Sequence record: DRR723986_1318
Direction: 5' to 3' (one strand)
DNA: 64,000 nucleotides
In this document: positions 30,250 through 40,047 of the stretch, piece after piece
Numbering within the stretch: the first letter of the stretch is position 1
Layout of the letters: the number at the start of each line of letters is the position of its first letter
The notes under the pieces: model-generated
Told to the model about the DNA's origin: nothing
The model's database searches: none
Seen by the model: only the letters and a program-made list of their open reading frames with translations
Translations under genes and position numbers: made by a program

Positions 30250-30711
30250 CTATTCCACCAGCACCTTGGGGGTGGGTAAGCCCTCCGCCTCACACATGGC
30301 CAGGTAAAAATCGAGGGTCATTTGCCCGTCGACCACCGAGGTAATATTGCCCTCGGCATCCAGATTGATATTGGAGCCATACATCTGGAACCAAACCCGG
30401 GTGTTGTCCTCGATGCACTGCAGGGTGTGTACAGAACCTGAGGGCTCATAAAGAAACGACCCGGCCCGGTTTACGTAGTCGTACTCTTTATACTTCCACG
30501 CGCCTGAGGTGGTATAGCCCCAGACTGGCCCGGTGTGCTTATGGGTTTCTACTTCGTAGCCTGCCTTGAAGACATTCTCGATAATCCATAATCCTTCGCC
30601 GCGTTTAACCTGCAATACACGCAACAAACTGCCGTCGCCGATGTCGATAAAAGGCAGTTCGTCGGCGCCGATGTGGATGGCCTCAGGGTGGATGGCCTCG
30701 GGGATAGACAT
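30250..30711 (-). CDS. Cupin, 2,4'-dihydroxyacetophenone dioxygenase-like
   Basis: THKHTGPVWGYTTSGAWKYKEY and AGSFLYEPSGSVHTL cupin motifs. Confidence 0.8.
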   Translation of the reverse strand: MSIPEAIHPEAIHIGADELPFIDIGDGSLLRVLQVKRGEGLWIIENVFKAGYEVETHKHTGPVWGYTTSGAWKYKEYDYVNRAGSFLYEPSGSVHTLQCIEDNTRVWFQMYGSNINLDAEGNITSVVDGQMTLDFYLAMCEAEGLPTPKVLVE

Positions 30712-30870
30712 ATTCTCTCCTGATGTTGGGTTGCTTTTGAATTGTTATCAGTGGTGCACACTTCCATCAGCCTCTACTATGAACAGGCTGTGGCGACTTG
30801 AACACCTCCATCTGGAGGAGGCCGCGGGGAGAAGTGCGCCCAGTAAATGAACGATCGATAAGGAGATATT

Positions 30871-31188
30871 GTGGCTTGGGTTTATCTGGTGTTAGCGGGT
30901 TTATTTGAGATTGGTTGGCCGGTCGGCCTAAAACTTGCCCAGGAGGAAAAAACGCGACTCCTGGGGGTGGCTGTTGCCGTCGTATTTATGGGCGTTAGCG
31001 GTATGTTGCTGTGGTTGGCGCAGAAGCAGATACCCATTGGCACCTCCTATGCCGTGTGGACCGGGATAGGCGCGGCGGGAACCTTTCTGGTGGGTGTTGT
31101 TTTTTTCGGTGACGCTAGCAGCCTGTTGCGCTATGTGGGAATCGCGTTGATTGTGGCTGGGGTGGCAACGCTAAAGCTAGCGCACTAA
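30871..31188 (+). CDS. SMR/DMT small multidrug efflux transporter (SugE/Gdx-like)
   Basis: Four TM helices, conserved Glu in AGLFEIGW, IGTSYAVWTGIG; GTG start with aggag RBS. Confidence 0.92.
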   Translation: MAWVYLVLAGLFEIGWPVGLKLAQEEKTRLLGVAVAVVFMGVSGMLLWLAQKQIPIGTSYAVWTGIGAAGTFLVGVVFFGDASSLLRYVGIALIVAGVATLKLAH

Positions 31189-31267
31189 GCTGAGGTATAG
31201 GGTTGTCATGCTGGTGCTTCTCGGAGGTTACGGGAGGGGTGCCAGCGATTAAACGGAGCCTTCATCG

Positions 31268-31717
31268 ATGACTGAGAACGCTAGTCTGGCCCATTGCATT
31301 TACGCAAGCACCGCCGAGACGCCTTTGTCGGGCGAGGCGCTGAATTCTCTGCTCAAAACAGCGCGCGAGAAGAATGCGGCGCAAGACATCACAGGCATCT
31401 TGCTATATGACGAAGGGGCCTTTTTTCAGGTGCTGGAGGGGCCTGCTGATGGCGTTGCAGCCTTGTTCAGGAAAATAACCCTGGATAGGCGGCACCATAA
31501 AATTGTAAAGCTGATATCAGAGCCTATTGAGTATCGAAGCTTTGAAGGTTGGAGCATGGGGCATGCTGAGCTTCGGGCCAGCGAGCTTTGCGAGATTGAA
31601 GGAATGAATGATTTCTTTCAATCGGGAAAATGTTTCATTGATTTGGACGAGGGCAGAGCTAAACAACTTTTGAGAGCGTTTGCTGATGGCAAGTGGCGCT
31701 CAAGTATCCACGAGTAG
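31268..31717 (+). CDS. Stand-alone BLUF blue-light sensor protein
   Basis: CIYAS, DITGILL, FFQVLEG, DRRH, FEGWSM. Confidence 0.92.
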   Translation: MTENASLAHCIYASTAETPLSGEALNSLLKTAREKNAAQDITGILLYDEGAFFQVLEGPADGVAALFRKITLDRRHHKIVKLISEPIEYRSFEGWSMGHAELRASELCEIEGMNDFFQSGKCFIDLDEGRAKQLLRAFADGKWRSSIHE

Positions 31718-31884
31718 TGTGGTTGTCCTCTAATTTTTATCCCTTTTCTTCGCGTTTGTTTTATTTCTCTTGTGTGGTAGCGGTAACAGCTTATACCATG
31801 CGTTTTGCCTAACGAATATGCTATGGCATGCGGTTGATTGCAGGGTGCATCGCCTTGATGGCGTTTAAAAGGATTTTAGTCTCA

Positions 31885-34800
31885 ATGGCGTGGCTTAAGT
31901 TTCTATCTCTATTCTTTGTGTTGTTGGTTGCTGCTTGTGGCGGCGGCTCGGGTGGCGGCGGTTCTAAACCATCCCCCGATGCCCGTACACAGTTTCCGGA
32001 GGGCTACACGCTTTCCGAGGCAGCGATTAGTCGCGACAATGCCCACGACTTCTTGTTTGCCCATCAACAATTCTTTGACCTTATCAGGGGGATGGGCAGT
32101 GACTTTCCGGGTTTTGTCTCCCCCAATCTTGGCGACCCTACATCGTTATTTGCTGAAGAGTTGGCGTGCCTTGAAAGCCAGTTTGAGGTTGAGCAAGGAG
32201 ACCGGTTCTTCTATTTGCGCTTAAAAGGCTGTGAGTTCATGGGCTATATCTTAAGCGGCGAAGTGGATTACTCAAGATACAGTAATCAAGAGATTAGTCG
32301 CTTAGAGAATAAACTGGCGTTTTCTAACTTCCGTGTTACTGGCCAAGGCCAGGATATTGTTTTTAATGGTGAGCTGTTTTCCTCGAATCTTTACGGTGAG
32401 TCTACGACCACCGAAAAGAGCACGCTCGAACTGACGGATAACAAAACAGGAAAGGTGTTTGCGTGGACGAATCTGCATATTGATAGGAGTAGCTTTCGGG
32501 GGGATGTGTACGCCCGGGAAGATGGCTTCGTGCGGGTGAACTTTGACCGGCAATCACAATCGCTGCGCTTTACAGGCGCTAAGAACTCCGAATTGAATGC
32601 GGCGTTACATTATGATGAGTCGGGCCCTGTACGAGCGCTGCAATCGTTCACCTTGTCTCTAACTGCTGACGAGCAAAGCAATGTCCTGATGCCCAGTCAT
32701 CCGGTGCCAGCATCGCTGCTGTTGGCATTGCAGCAGAGGCCTGCCGAGCCGCCGGAGCTAGAGGTGTCAGGTGAGGTGTCTCCGCTTCGGCTTGACGAGT
32801 CAGAGTATCGCATTACCGCACTATTTGACGAAAATTATGACTTTCTCGACTACCGCTGGGAGCTGGTCAGTACGCCTGATTCGTGTGGCGCAAGTTTGAG
32901 TGCTACGTCTGAAATGGACGTGGCTATAGCGTTCGAATGTCAGGGAGCGTACAGAATTCGCGTGACCGTTTCTGACGGGCACTTGGCGTCGACCAATGAT
33001 ATTGACGTTAATGTTGTGCCATTGCTCGCTGAAATAGTCGATCCGGGACGTATCACCGTAAGCCCTGGCCAGGTGTTGGATGTTCAACTAAACGCGGCTA
33101 ATACTGACCAGGATGGTCCGTTTGTCTATTCCCTCCTGGCTGCTCCCAATGGTGTTTCTGTAGACGAGAATGGCAGGATTTACGGCGTGCCAGAAATTTT
33201 CCTGTCTCAAGGGAATACGTCGTTTTCCGTTGTAGTGAAGGCCGACAATGGGCGTTCTTCTGAGTACAGCCTTTTGGTCGAGTACCAAGACACTGAGGAG
33301 CGTGATGTACTGGTTACTGGCGCTGGCTTGTGTGGCGGTATCGATACCAAGCATTGGGGAGATATCAATGGAGATGGCCGGCCGAACCTTGCCTGTGCGA
33401 ACGACGAGTCTTTTCGTGTGTTGGAACTGGCCGACGGAAACGTTCGCCCACTTTACGCGTCGCCCCGTTCACTGAATCCGGCCGCGAAACTCATAGCCGT
33501 CGCTCAGCAGGATATCGATGCAGATGGCCAAGAAGAGATTCTTGTGGGCTATAGCGACCAGATAGTTGTGGTTTCCGGGTCGGATTTTAGAGTTGTTGCC
33601 AGCATTCCCTTGCCCTGGGTCGGCGAACCGTTACCCGTTTGGCCAAGGTATCAGTTTATTGATCAGCCCAATGGTGGCGCTGATATCGTAGTCGTTGGCC
33701 CAAAGATCGGCAGCGGAAGCAAGGTGCCGTATTTGTTTCGTAGTGATGGTAGTTACCGGACCTTTGGCGGGGTAGTCACCGGTGGCATATTTGCTGCCAA
33801 TATTGATGAGGATTCGGCCCCAGAGCTGTGGGAGACAAGGGCTGCCGCGACGTTATTATACGATCTCGGCCAGCCGGCTGTAGAGCTGGCTGCTCCAGCT
33901 GAATTTCTCGCTGATATCGATGGCGATGGTGCCCCTGAGCTGATCGACTTTACAGCTGAAAGTGTGGCGGTAGAGGCTGATACGGTATCGATATACCACG
34001 CGACTACTGGCGCGTTGATGCATTCCCAGGCGTTCGCTGTTGGTAGCTCGGGCACCGGTTTCATCGCTCATGTGATTGATGTTGATAGTGATAATGTCGC
34101 GGAGATTGTCCTATTTAACCGGGTCGATGGTGCCGTGGATATTTACGAGTGGGCGGGAACGGAGCTATCTCTGGTAAGAACATATCAGATACCAGAAGAA
34201 GGGGTGTACGTGGCCACCTTTACCCCGTATCAGGCTGGCGCAATTGTAGAAACTAATGACTCAGGTTTGCCTTACACGTTTGACCTCAATGGCGGTTTTA
34301 AACCACTGCTAAGAGCCGCGCCTCCTTCCACCTATGCTCAGCAAAGTTTAGGGCTGTTTCCCCGGAGTGACGGTGAGTTTGCTCTGTATACCGGCAAACT
34401 GTTCGGTGGCGCCTACCGCTCAGTGTTGTCTGCTGCGGGTGTTTTTCTGTCCCATGAATCACTGCAAGAGCCTGAGACAAGCGCAGTGCATGAGGTGGCT
34501 GATGGCAGCGAGCTACTTCTGGATCGCTATGAAGACTACGCGCTAGTGGACGGTCACACCCAGGCGACTATCGCTCGAACGAGTATTCAAAAGATCGGTG
34601 TTCAGCGTCGTCTGTATAGCGGAGACGTTAATGGGGATGGCCAGGTCGACTTTTTCTCAGGCGGGGACTCCCGTGGGGCAGTGCAATGGTTTTCGGTCTC
34701 CGAGGATTTGGAATACTGGCGCGATGAAGACGAAAAGTACCGTGATGGCACATTTCCTGTACTCATCGAGGACCTCAATAATAACGGCCGCGACGAAGTC

Positions 34801-35355
34801 TATGTTCTGAGGTCGCAACGTAAGTCGTTTGAACTTGATACTGCTGAGCTGCAGGTTTTCGAGTATCAGGATGGGGTTCTTGAGCTGAGTGCTGCTGTGC
34901 CCTTGGAACCGCATAAAGGCGAAATTATCGCCGGCGTTCAGGATGTCGATGGTGACGGGCAGCGCGAGCTGGTGGTCTCTCAGCAGCTGTTTTCAGGGGC
35001 GTGCACGCCTTCTGAAGAGAATGGGGCGCTGATCTCCGTCTACAGTAGCGACTTGTCACTAAAGGGAAGGCGGCATATTGGCGCTTGCGTGACAAGCATC
35101 GCGTCCTTCCCCGAAGGGCCTGCCAAGCACAATATATTAGCTGGCATTCGCTGGTCGCGAGAGCTTATAAAAGCGGCTGGCTACGCTGAATCCTCTCATC
35201 TGGTTGAGCTCAGCACCAATACTGAACAGATCATCTGGGAGTCCGCTCCTTTTTTGGGGAGGACCCAAGCAGATGGTGTTCGTGTTGAGGTCCCTTCTGG
35301 GTCGGGCTTAAAAGCGACGCTGAACACCGCCGCTGGCTTGTATTTATTGCGGTGA
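31885..35355 (+). CDS. Large lipoprotein with PKD/Ig-like domains and FG-GAP/VCBS-type Ca-binding repeats
   Basis: Start reassigned to MAWLKF, giving lipobox VAAC-GGGSGGGG; VTVSDG and APNGVSVD Ig-like segments; about eight DxD/NxDG repeats. Confidence 0.7.
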   Translation: MAWLKFLSLFFVLLVAACGGGSGGGGSKPSPDARTQFPEGYTLSEAAISRDNAHDFLFAHQQFFDLIRGMGSDFPGFVSPNLGDPTSLFAEELACLESQFEVEQGDRFFYLRLKGCEFMGYILSGEVDYSRYSNQEISRLENKLAFSNFRVTGQGQDIVFNGELFSSNLYGESTTTEKSTLELTDNKTGKVFAWTNLHIDRSSFRGDVYAREDGFVRVNFDRQSQSLRFTGAKNSELNAALHYDESGPVRALQSFTLSLTADEQSNVLMPSHPVPASLLLALQQRPAEPPELEVSGEVSPLRLDESEYRITALFDENYDFLDYRWELVSTPDSCGASLSATSEMDVAIAFECQGAYRIRVTVSDGHLASTNDIDVNVVPLLAEIVDPGRITVSPGQVLDVQLNAANTDQDGPFVYSLLAAPNGVSVDENGRIYGVPEIFLSQGNTSFSVVVKADNGRSSEYSLLVEYQDTEERDVLVTGAGLCGGIDTKHWGDINGDGRPNLACANDESFRVLELADGNVRPLYASPRSLNPAAKLIAVAQQDIDADGQEEILVGYSDQIVVVSGSDFRVVASIPLPWVGEPLPVWPRYQFIDQPNGGADIVVVGPKIGSGSKVPYLFRSDGSYRTFGGVVTGGIFAANIDEDSAPELWETRAAATLLYDLGQPAVELAAPAEFLADIDGDGAPELIDFTAESVAVEADTVSIYHATTGALMHSQAFAVGSSGTGFIAHVIDVDSDNVAEIVLFNRVDGAVDIYEWAGTELSLVRTYQIPEEGVYVATFTPYQAGAIVETNDSGLPYTFDLNGGFKPLLRAAPPSTYAQQSLGLFPRSDGEFALYTGKLFGGAYRSVLSAAGVFLSHESLQEPETSAVHEVADGSELLLDRYEDYALVDGHTQATIARTSIQKIGVQRRLYSGDVNGDGQVDFFSGGDSRGAVQWFSVSEDLEYWRDEDEKYRDGTFPVLIEDLNNNGRDEVYVLRSQRKSFELDTAELQVFEYQDGVLELSAAVPLEPHKGEIIAGVQDVDGDGQRELVVSQQLFSGACTPSEENGALISVYSSDLSLKGRRHIGACVTSIASFPEGPAKHNILAGIRWSRELIKAAGYAESSHLVELSTNTEQIIWESAPFLGRTQADGVRVEVPSGSGLKATLNTAAGLYLLR

Positions 35356-35678
35356 ATCCCCGGGGCGCGGTGCGATAACCGTATGGCGGGATGTAGCTTG
35401 CCAGAGCCGTTAATATGGCGAAAGCACTCAGGCTGGATCGCCCGTAGTGGCTGGGGTAGCGGCCTTACCGGTGTCGCGCCCCTCTCCTGGGTACGCCACG
35501 GTATATGGGAAATACGGCCGGGAATGGCCGAGGTTTGGCCCTCGCGCAGGCGTTTATTCGCCAATTTTGGAAAAATTCCACCAGATTTAGCATAATTCCG
35601 CAAAATAAGAGAGAAATTTTTTCTCACTTCCAGTATCGTAGCCAACCATTTTCAACCACAGCTTATTCAGAGACTGCC

Positions 35679-37763
35679 GTGACTGACTTATCCTTGTACC
35701 GCAACATCGGTATTTTCGCCCACGTTGATGCCGGAAAAACCACCACCACTGAGCGTATCCTCAAGCTCACGGGTAAAATTCACAAGCTTGGTGAGGTTCA
35801 CGAGGGTGAATCGACGACCGACTTCATGGAGCAGGAAGCTGAGCGTGGTATTACCATTCAGTCAGCGGCTGTTACCTGTGAGTGGAATGGCCACCGACTG
35901 AACGTTATTGACACCCCGGGACACGTTGACTTCACCGTAGAAGTTTACCGCTCATTGAAAGTTCTCGACGGCGGTATCGGCGTATTCTGTGGTTCTGGCG
36001 GTGTTGAGCCCCAGTCTGAAACCAACTGGCGCTATGCCAACGAATCAAAAGTATCTCGCCTGATCTTCGTTAACAAGCTGGACCGCGTTGGTGCGGATTT
36101 CCTGCGTGTGACCGATCAAGTGAAAAACGTTCTCGGCGCCAACCCGCTGATCATGACGCTGCCTATTGGCCGTGAAGATGAGTTTACCGGCGTTGTCGAC
36201 CTGCTGAGCAACAAAGCCTACGTTTGGGATGACTCTGGCCAGCCAGAGAACTACGAAGTGACCGACGTTCCTGCGGACATGGAAGAAGACGTTGCCATGT
36301 ATCGCGAGCAGCTGATCGAAACAGCTGTGGAAATGGACGACGACTTGATGATGGCCTACATGGAAGGCGAAGAGCCCTCTATCGATGACATCAAACGCTG
36401 TATCCGTAAAGGTACACTGGAACTGGCTTTCTTCCCCACCTACTGTGGTTCGGCCTTCAAGAACAAAGGTATGCAGCTGCTGCTGGACGCCGTTGTTGAC
36501 TACCTGCCAAGCCCCACCGAGGTTAACCCGCAGCCGTTGACTGATGAAGAAGGTGAGCCTACTGGTGAGTACGCCATTGTTTCTGCCGATGAGCCACTGC
36601 GCGCGCTGGCATTTAAAATCATGGACGACCGTTTTGGCGCCCTGACCTTCGTGCGTATCTACTCCGGTAAGCTAAACAAAGGCGACACCATTCTTAACTC
36701 ATTCACCGGTAAGACTGAGCGTATCGGTCGTATGTGTGAAATGCAGGCCGACGAGCGCAACGAGCTGAGCAGCGCTCAAGCGGGTGACATTATCGCTATC
36801 GTGGGTATGAAGAACGTACAGACTGGTCACACACTGTGTGATGTTGACCATCCATGTACACTGGAAGCGATGGTATTCCCAGAGCCTGTTATCTCCATCT
36901 CGGTAACCCCGAAAGATAAGGGTTCAACTGAGAAAATGGGTATTGCTATCGGCAAGATGGTTGCAGAAGACCCCTCATTCCGCGTTGAGACAGACGAAGA
37001 TTCTGGTGAGACCATCCTTAAAGGTATGGGTGAGCTGCACCTCGACATCAAAGTTGACATCCTCAAGCGTACTTACGGTGTTGAACTGGAAGTGGGGCAG
37101 CCTCAGGTAGCCTACCGCGAGACCATCACTCAGAAGATCGAAGACAGCTACACTCACAAGAAGCAGTCTGGTGGTTCTGGTCAGTTTGGTAAGATCGACT
37201 ACACCATGGAGCCTGGCGAGCCTAACTCTGGCTTCACCTTCAGCACCTCGGTTGTGGGCGGTAACGTACCTAAGGAATTCTTCCCAGCAATTGAGAAGGG
37301 CTTCAAGTCGATGATGGAAAACGGCCCACTGGCTGGCTTCCCCGTGCTGGACGTTGCTATTAACGTTCACGACGGTGCCTACCACGCGGTTGACTCCTCG
37401 GCAGTGGCCTTCGAAATCGCGGCGAAAGGCGCTTTCCGTCAGTCTATGCCAAAAGCAGGCGCACAGTTGCTTGAGCCGGTAATGAAAGTTGACGTGTTCA
37501 GCCCTGAAGACAATGTCGGTGACGTAATCGGTGACCTTAACCGTCGTCGCGGCATGATCTCTGGTCAAGAGCCGGGTACAACCGGTGTTCGCGTTAAAGC
37601 CGATGTGCCTCTGTCTGAAATGTTTGGCTACATCAGCACGCTGCGTACAATGACCTCAGGTCGTGGCCAGTTCTCTATGGAGTTCTCGCATTACTCGGCT
37701 TGCCCAGCTAACGTAGCTGAAGAAGTTATTGCCAAAGAGAAAGAGAAAAAAGCAGCGAAATAA
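35679..37763 (+). CDS. fusA: Elongation factor G (copy outside the str operon)
   Basis: GTG start; [52 protein letters not shown]. Confidence 0.97.
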   Translation: MTDLSLYRNIGIFAHVDAGKTTTTERILKLTGKIHKLGEVHEGESTTDFMEQEAERGITIQSAAVTCEWNGHRLNVIDTPGHVDFTVEVYRSLKVLDGGIGVFCGSGGVEPQSETNWRYANESKVSRLIFVNKLDRVGADFLRVTDQVKNVLGANPLIMTLPIGREDEFTGVVDLLSNKAYVWDDSGQPENYEVTDVPADMEEDVAMYREQLIETAVEMDDDLMMAYMEGEEPSIDDIKRCIRKGTLELAFFPTYCGSAFKNKGMQLLLDAVVDYLPSPTEVNPQPLTDEEGEPTGEYAIVSADEPLRALAFKIMDDRFGALTFVRIYSGKLNKGDTILNSFTGKTERIGRMCEMQADERNELSSAQAGDIIAIVGMKNVQTGHTLCDVDHPCTLEAMVFPEPVISISVTPKDKGSTEKMGIAIGKMVAEDPSFRVETDEDSGETILKGMGELHLDIKVDILKRTYGVELEVGQPQVAYRETITQKIEDSYTHKKQSGGSGQFGKIDYTMEPGEPNSGFTFSTSVVGGNVPKEFFPAIEKGFKSMMENGPLAGFPVLDVAINVHDGAYHAVDSSAVAFEIAAKGAFRQSMPKAGAQLLEPVMKVDVFSPEDNVGDVIGDLNRRRGMISGQEPGTTGVRVKADVPLSEMFGYISTLRTMTSGRGQFSMEFSHYSACPANVAEEVIAKEKEKKAAK

Positions 37764-37785
37764 CACTGCTGGCTAGCTCTTTTCG

Positions 37786-37822
37786 AAAGCCCCTGCGGGA
37801 ATCCGCCGGGGCTTTTTTTTTT
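37786..37822 (+). terminator. Intrinsic terminator of fusA
   Basis: aaagcccc...ggggc stem followed by a run of 10 T. Confidence 0.9.
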
Positions 37823-38003
37823 GCCTTCTGAAATAGTGTTGGGTCTTGACGCTGTTGTCTGGCGTGCCTGCGCGGGTAAAGGGCCCCAGCCCTATTAAAC
37901 ACGCAGCACAGGGTGCGTAAAACGTGTTAAATACTCACGAGCTTTGTGCACTACCGCGTTATCCTCGCTGGTAAAATTCCTCTTCCCTCAGGAGAGAGTG
38001 TTC

Positions 38004-39215
38004 ATGTCTAAGCCCAAAACGTCGAAAAACAAACGGCCACTATTAGCGGAACTGCGTAGCCAGGCGTTGCTGATGAATCAGCGGGCGGTGCAGGCTGCCG
38101 TGAATACTTATGACTGGGTATTGCGCCCCAAGCAATTGGTGAAGTCCGGGTTGACCGAGTATGAAACGGTTTACGCGGGGGATCTAATGAAGGTGCGTTA
38201 CTATTCCCTCGTCGATGAAGACGAGATCGAGTTGGAAGATGGCAGCCGGATGCCGGTGCGTCGCCGTCAGCACAGTGTTCCCCTGGTGTTGGTGCCGCCT
38301 TTGGGCGTCACCGTAGAGACATTTGACCTGCTGCCGCAGCGCTCGTTAGTGAGATATCTGGCGGCGCGCGGTTTTAAAACCTACCTGATTGATTGGGGGG
38401 AACCTCAGCGTCGCCATGCCCACCTGGGCTTGTTTGACTACGCGGACGAGATGTTTACTACCGCACTGGACGAGGTTCGAAAACACTCGGGTAAAACGGA
38501 TTTGTCGTTAATGGGTTGGTGCATGGGTGGGTTGTTGTCATTGATCCACCTTGGATTGCAGCAAGACCCCAGAATTCGAAACTTAATTACCGTTGCCAGT
38601 CCAATAAATTTGCGCGGTGGCGGAATCGTGGCGGGGGCCGCACAGGCCATCAATGCGCCGGCGCAAATCGTTCGGCGCTACTCTGATTTTCGCCTCGAAA
38701 ACCTCGACCCCAGCAAGCTTCAATTGCCCGCCTGGGCGACGACAGTCATCTTTAAGCTCACCGACCCGATTGGAAGCGTCACAACCTATTGGGATTTGTT
38801 GATGCGCTCGTGGGACCGCGAGTTTGTGGTTGCGCACTCGACCACCGCAAATTATCTGAACAATATGCTTATGTATCCAGCAGGCATGCTGAGAGACTTT
38901 GCAATCAAGGTTGCTGTGGACAACGACCTGGCAAGTGGCCGCATTGTTGTTGGTGAGCGGGTGGCTGAACTGGGGAATATTCAAAGTTCGCTGCTCGCCT
39001 TCGCCGGTGCGGGAGATGTGTTAGTGAAGCCGCCCATCGCCGAAAAAATCATGGACGTAGTCGGTGTGGATGTGGGGAATCATGACAAAGCATTCCACAT
39101 CGCCCCCGGAGGACACATGGGGGTAATCCTTGGAAAAAGTGCACTGGAAAGCGTATGGGCGCCTGCGGCTGACTGGCTGGTGTCGCGCTCCAAGCAGCGC
39201 CCTTATAAAGCTTGA
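38004..39215 (+). CDS. PhaC-like (class III PHA synthase-related) alpha/beta-fold protein
   Basis: PLVLVPPL, RSLVRYL, YLIDWG, lipase box GWCMGG, Asp (GDVLV) and His (GGHMG). Confidence 0.7.
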   Translation: MSKPKTSKNKRPLLAELRSQALLMNQRAVQAAVNTYDWVLRPKQLVKSGLTEYETVYAGDLMKVRYYSLVDEDEIELEDGSRMPVRRRQHSVPLVLVPPLGVTVETFDLLPQRSLVRYLAARGFKTYLIDWGEPQRRHAHLGLFDYADEMFTTALDEVRKHSGKTDLSLMGWCMGGLLSLIHLGLQQDPRIRNLITVASPINLRGGGIVAGAAQAINAPAQIVRRYSDFRLENLDPSKLQLPAWATTVIFKLTDPIGSVTTYWDLLMRSWDREFVVAHSTTANYLNNMLMYPAGMLRDFAIKVAVDNDLASGRIVVGERVAELGNIQSSLLAFAGAGDVLVKPPIAEKIMDVVGVDVGNHDKAFHIAPGGHMGVILGKSALESVWAPAADWLVSRSKQRPYKA

Positions 39216-39386
39216 AACCTCGTAGTTTTAGCGAGTGAAATGATTGGCGTTCTGCAAACGAGTGGAAGGCCAATTAAATTTGGTTTGCCCTTTCTCCCCT
39301 CTTTATACTTTTGCTGTTCGGTCTTCGTCGGTGTGTTTGTGCTAATAAAGACGGAATGCGCACCGGCCTGATTCCACTGCTATTTT

Positions 39387-39405
39387 ACGTTGTGCAATAC
39401 AACGT
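39387..39405. promoter_or_regulatory. Palindromic candidate operator upstream of the sterol-type cluster
   Basis: ACGTTGT-N5-ACAACGT perfect inverted repeat in an AT-rich intergenic region. Confidence 0.35.
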
Positions 39406-39593
39406 TACTCAATTTCCTACGCCGATACAGTAGCGGCCTCAACTCGTAGATATAAAGCACTGCTATTCAGTGCGTCGACGTATTCTTGCCAGCTTTGGTC
39501 AAGATTAAACGGCGCCATATGCCATTTATCTGTTTTTACCCCCCAATCACAATAGATTTTCCGTAAGCGCTGATTTCCAAAAAGGGGGAGGCT

Positions 39594-40037
39594 ATGGCGT
39601 CGGAGCCGGACATCTTAAGTCAAGCGTTTACGCTGGGCTATACCTATACCCGCTCAACAGGGCCCGTGGTGGGGCATTTCCTTAGCGCTTTGCGCGGTAA
39701 AAAAATCGTGGGCATTAAGGGGAGCGATGGTCGGGTCATTGTACCGCCTATGGAGTATGACCCTATCACTGCTGAAGCGTTGAATGAGTTTGTCGAGGTG
39801 GCGGAAACCGGCGTTGTCAAAAGTTGGTGCTGGGTAAGCGAGCCGCGTAAGAAGCACCTTCTGCAAAGGCCTTTTGCATGGATTCAAGTCCAGTTAGATG
39901 GAGCGGATGTTCCCATGTTGCATATGCTCTCAGCGCTTGATGCGTCGGCAGTAAGAACTGGAATGCGGGTAAAAGCGCGCTGGGCGGTAGAGCCGCGCGG
40001 ACATATTTCCGATATAGCTTTTTTCGAACCGGCGTGA
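39594..40037 (+). CDS. DUF35 OB-fold protein (resembles N-half of Rv3521)
   Basis: YTRSTGP, GSDGRVIVPPMEYDP, PFAWIQVQLDGAD, GMRVKARW; lacks zinc-ribbon cysteines. Confidence 0.85.
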   Translation: MASEPDILSQAFTLGYTYTRSTGPVVGHFLSALRGKKIVGIKGSDGRVIVPPMEYDPITAEALNEFVEVAETGVVKSWCWVSEPRKKHLLQRPFAWIQVQLDGADVPMLHMLSALDASAVRTGMRVKARWAVEPRGHISDIAFFEPA

Positions 40038-40047
40038 GGCTTGCCCA

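Noticed and set aside
30712-30870. Guanidine riboswitch upstream of the SugE/Gdx-like SMR gene
   Set aside because: No twin ACGR-loop hairpins (class II) or recognisable class I/III consensus seen
35362-35482. ncRNA or MITE in the gap before fusA (GGGGCGCG/CGCGCCCC inverted repeat)
   Set aside because: Only 8 bp in GC-rich DNA, with no target duplication, second copy or recognisable RNA family
36975-37568. 197-aa antisense ORF inside fusA, and similar shadow ORFs throughout
   Set aside because: Explained by codon bias of the real gene on the opposite strand; no motifs or RBS
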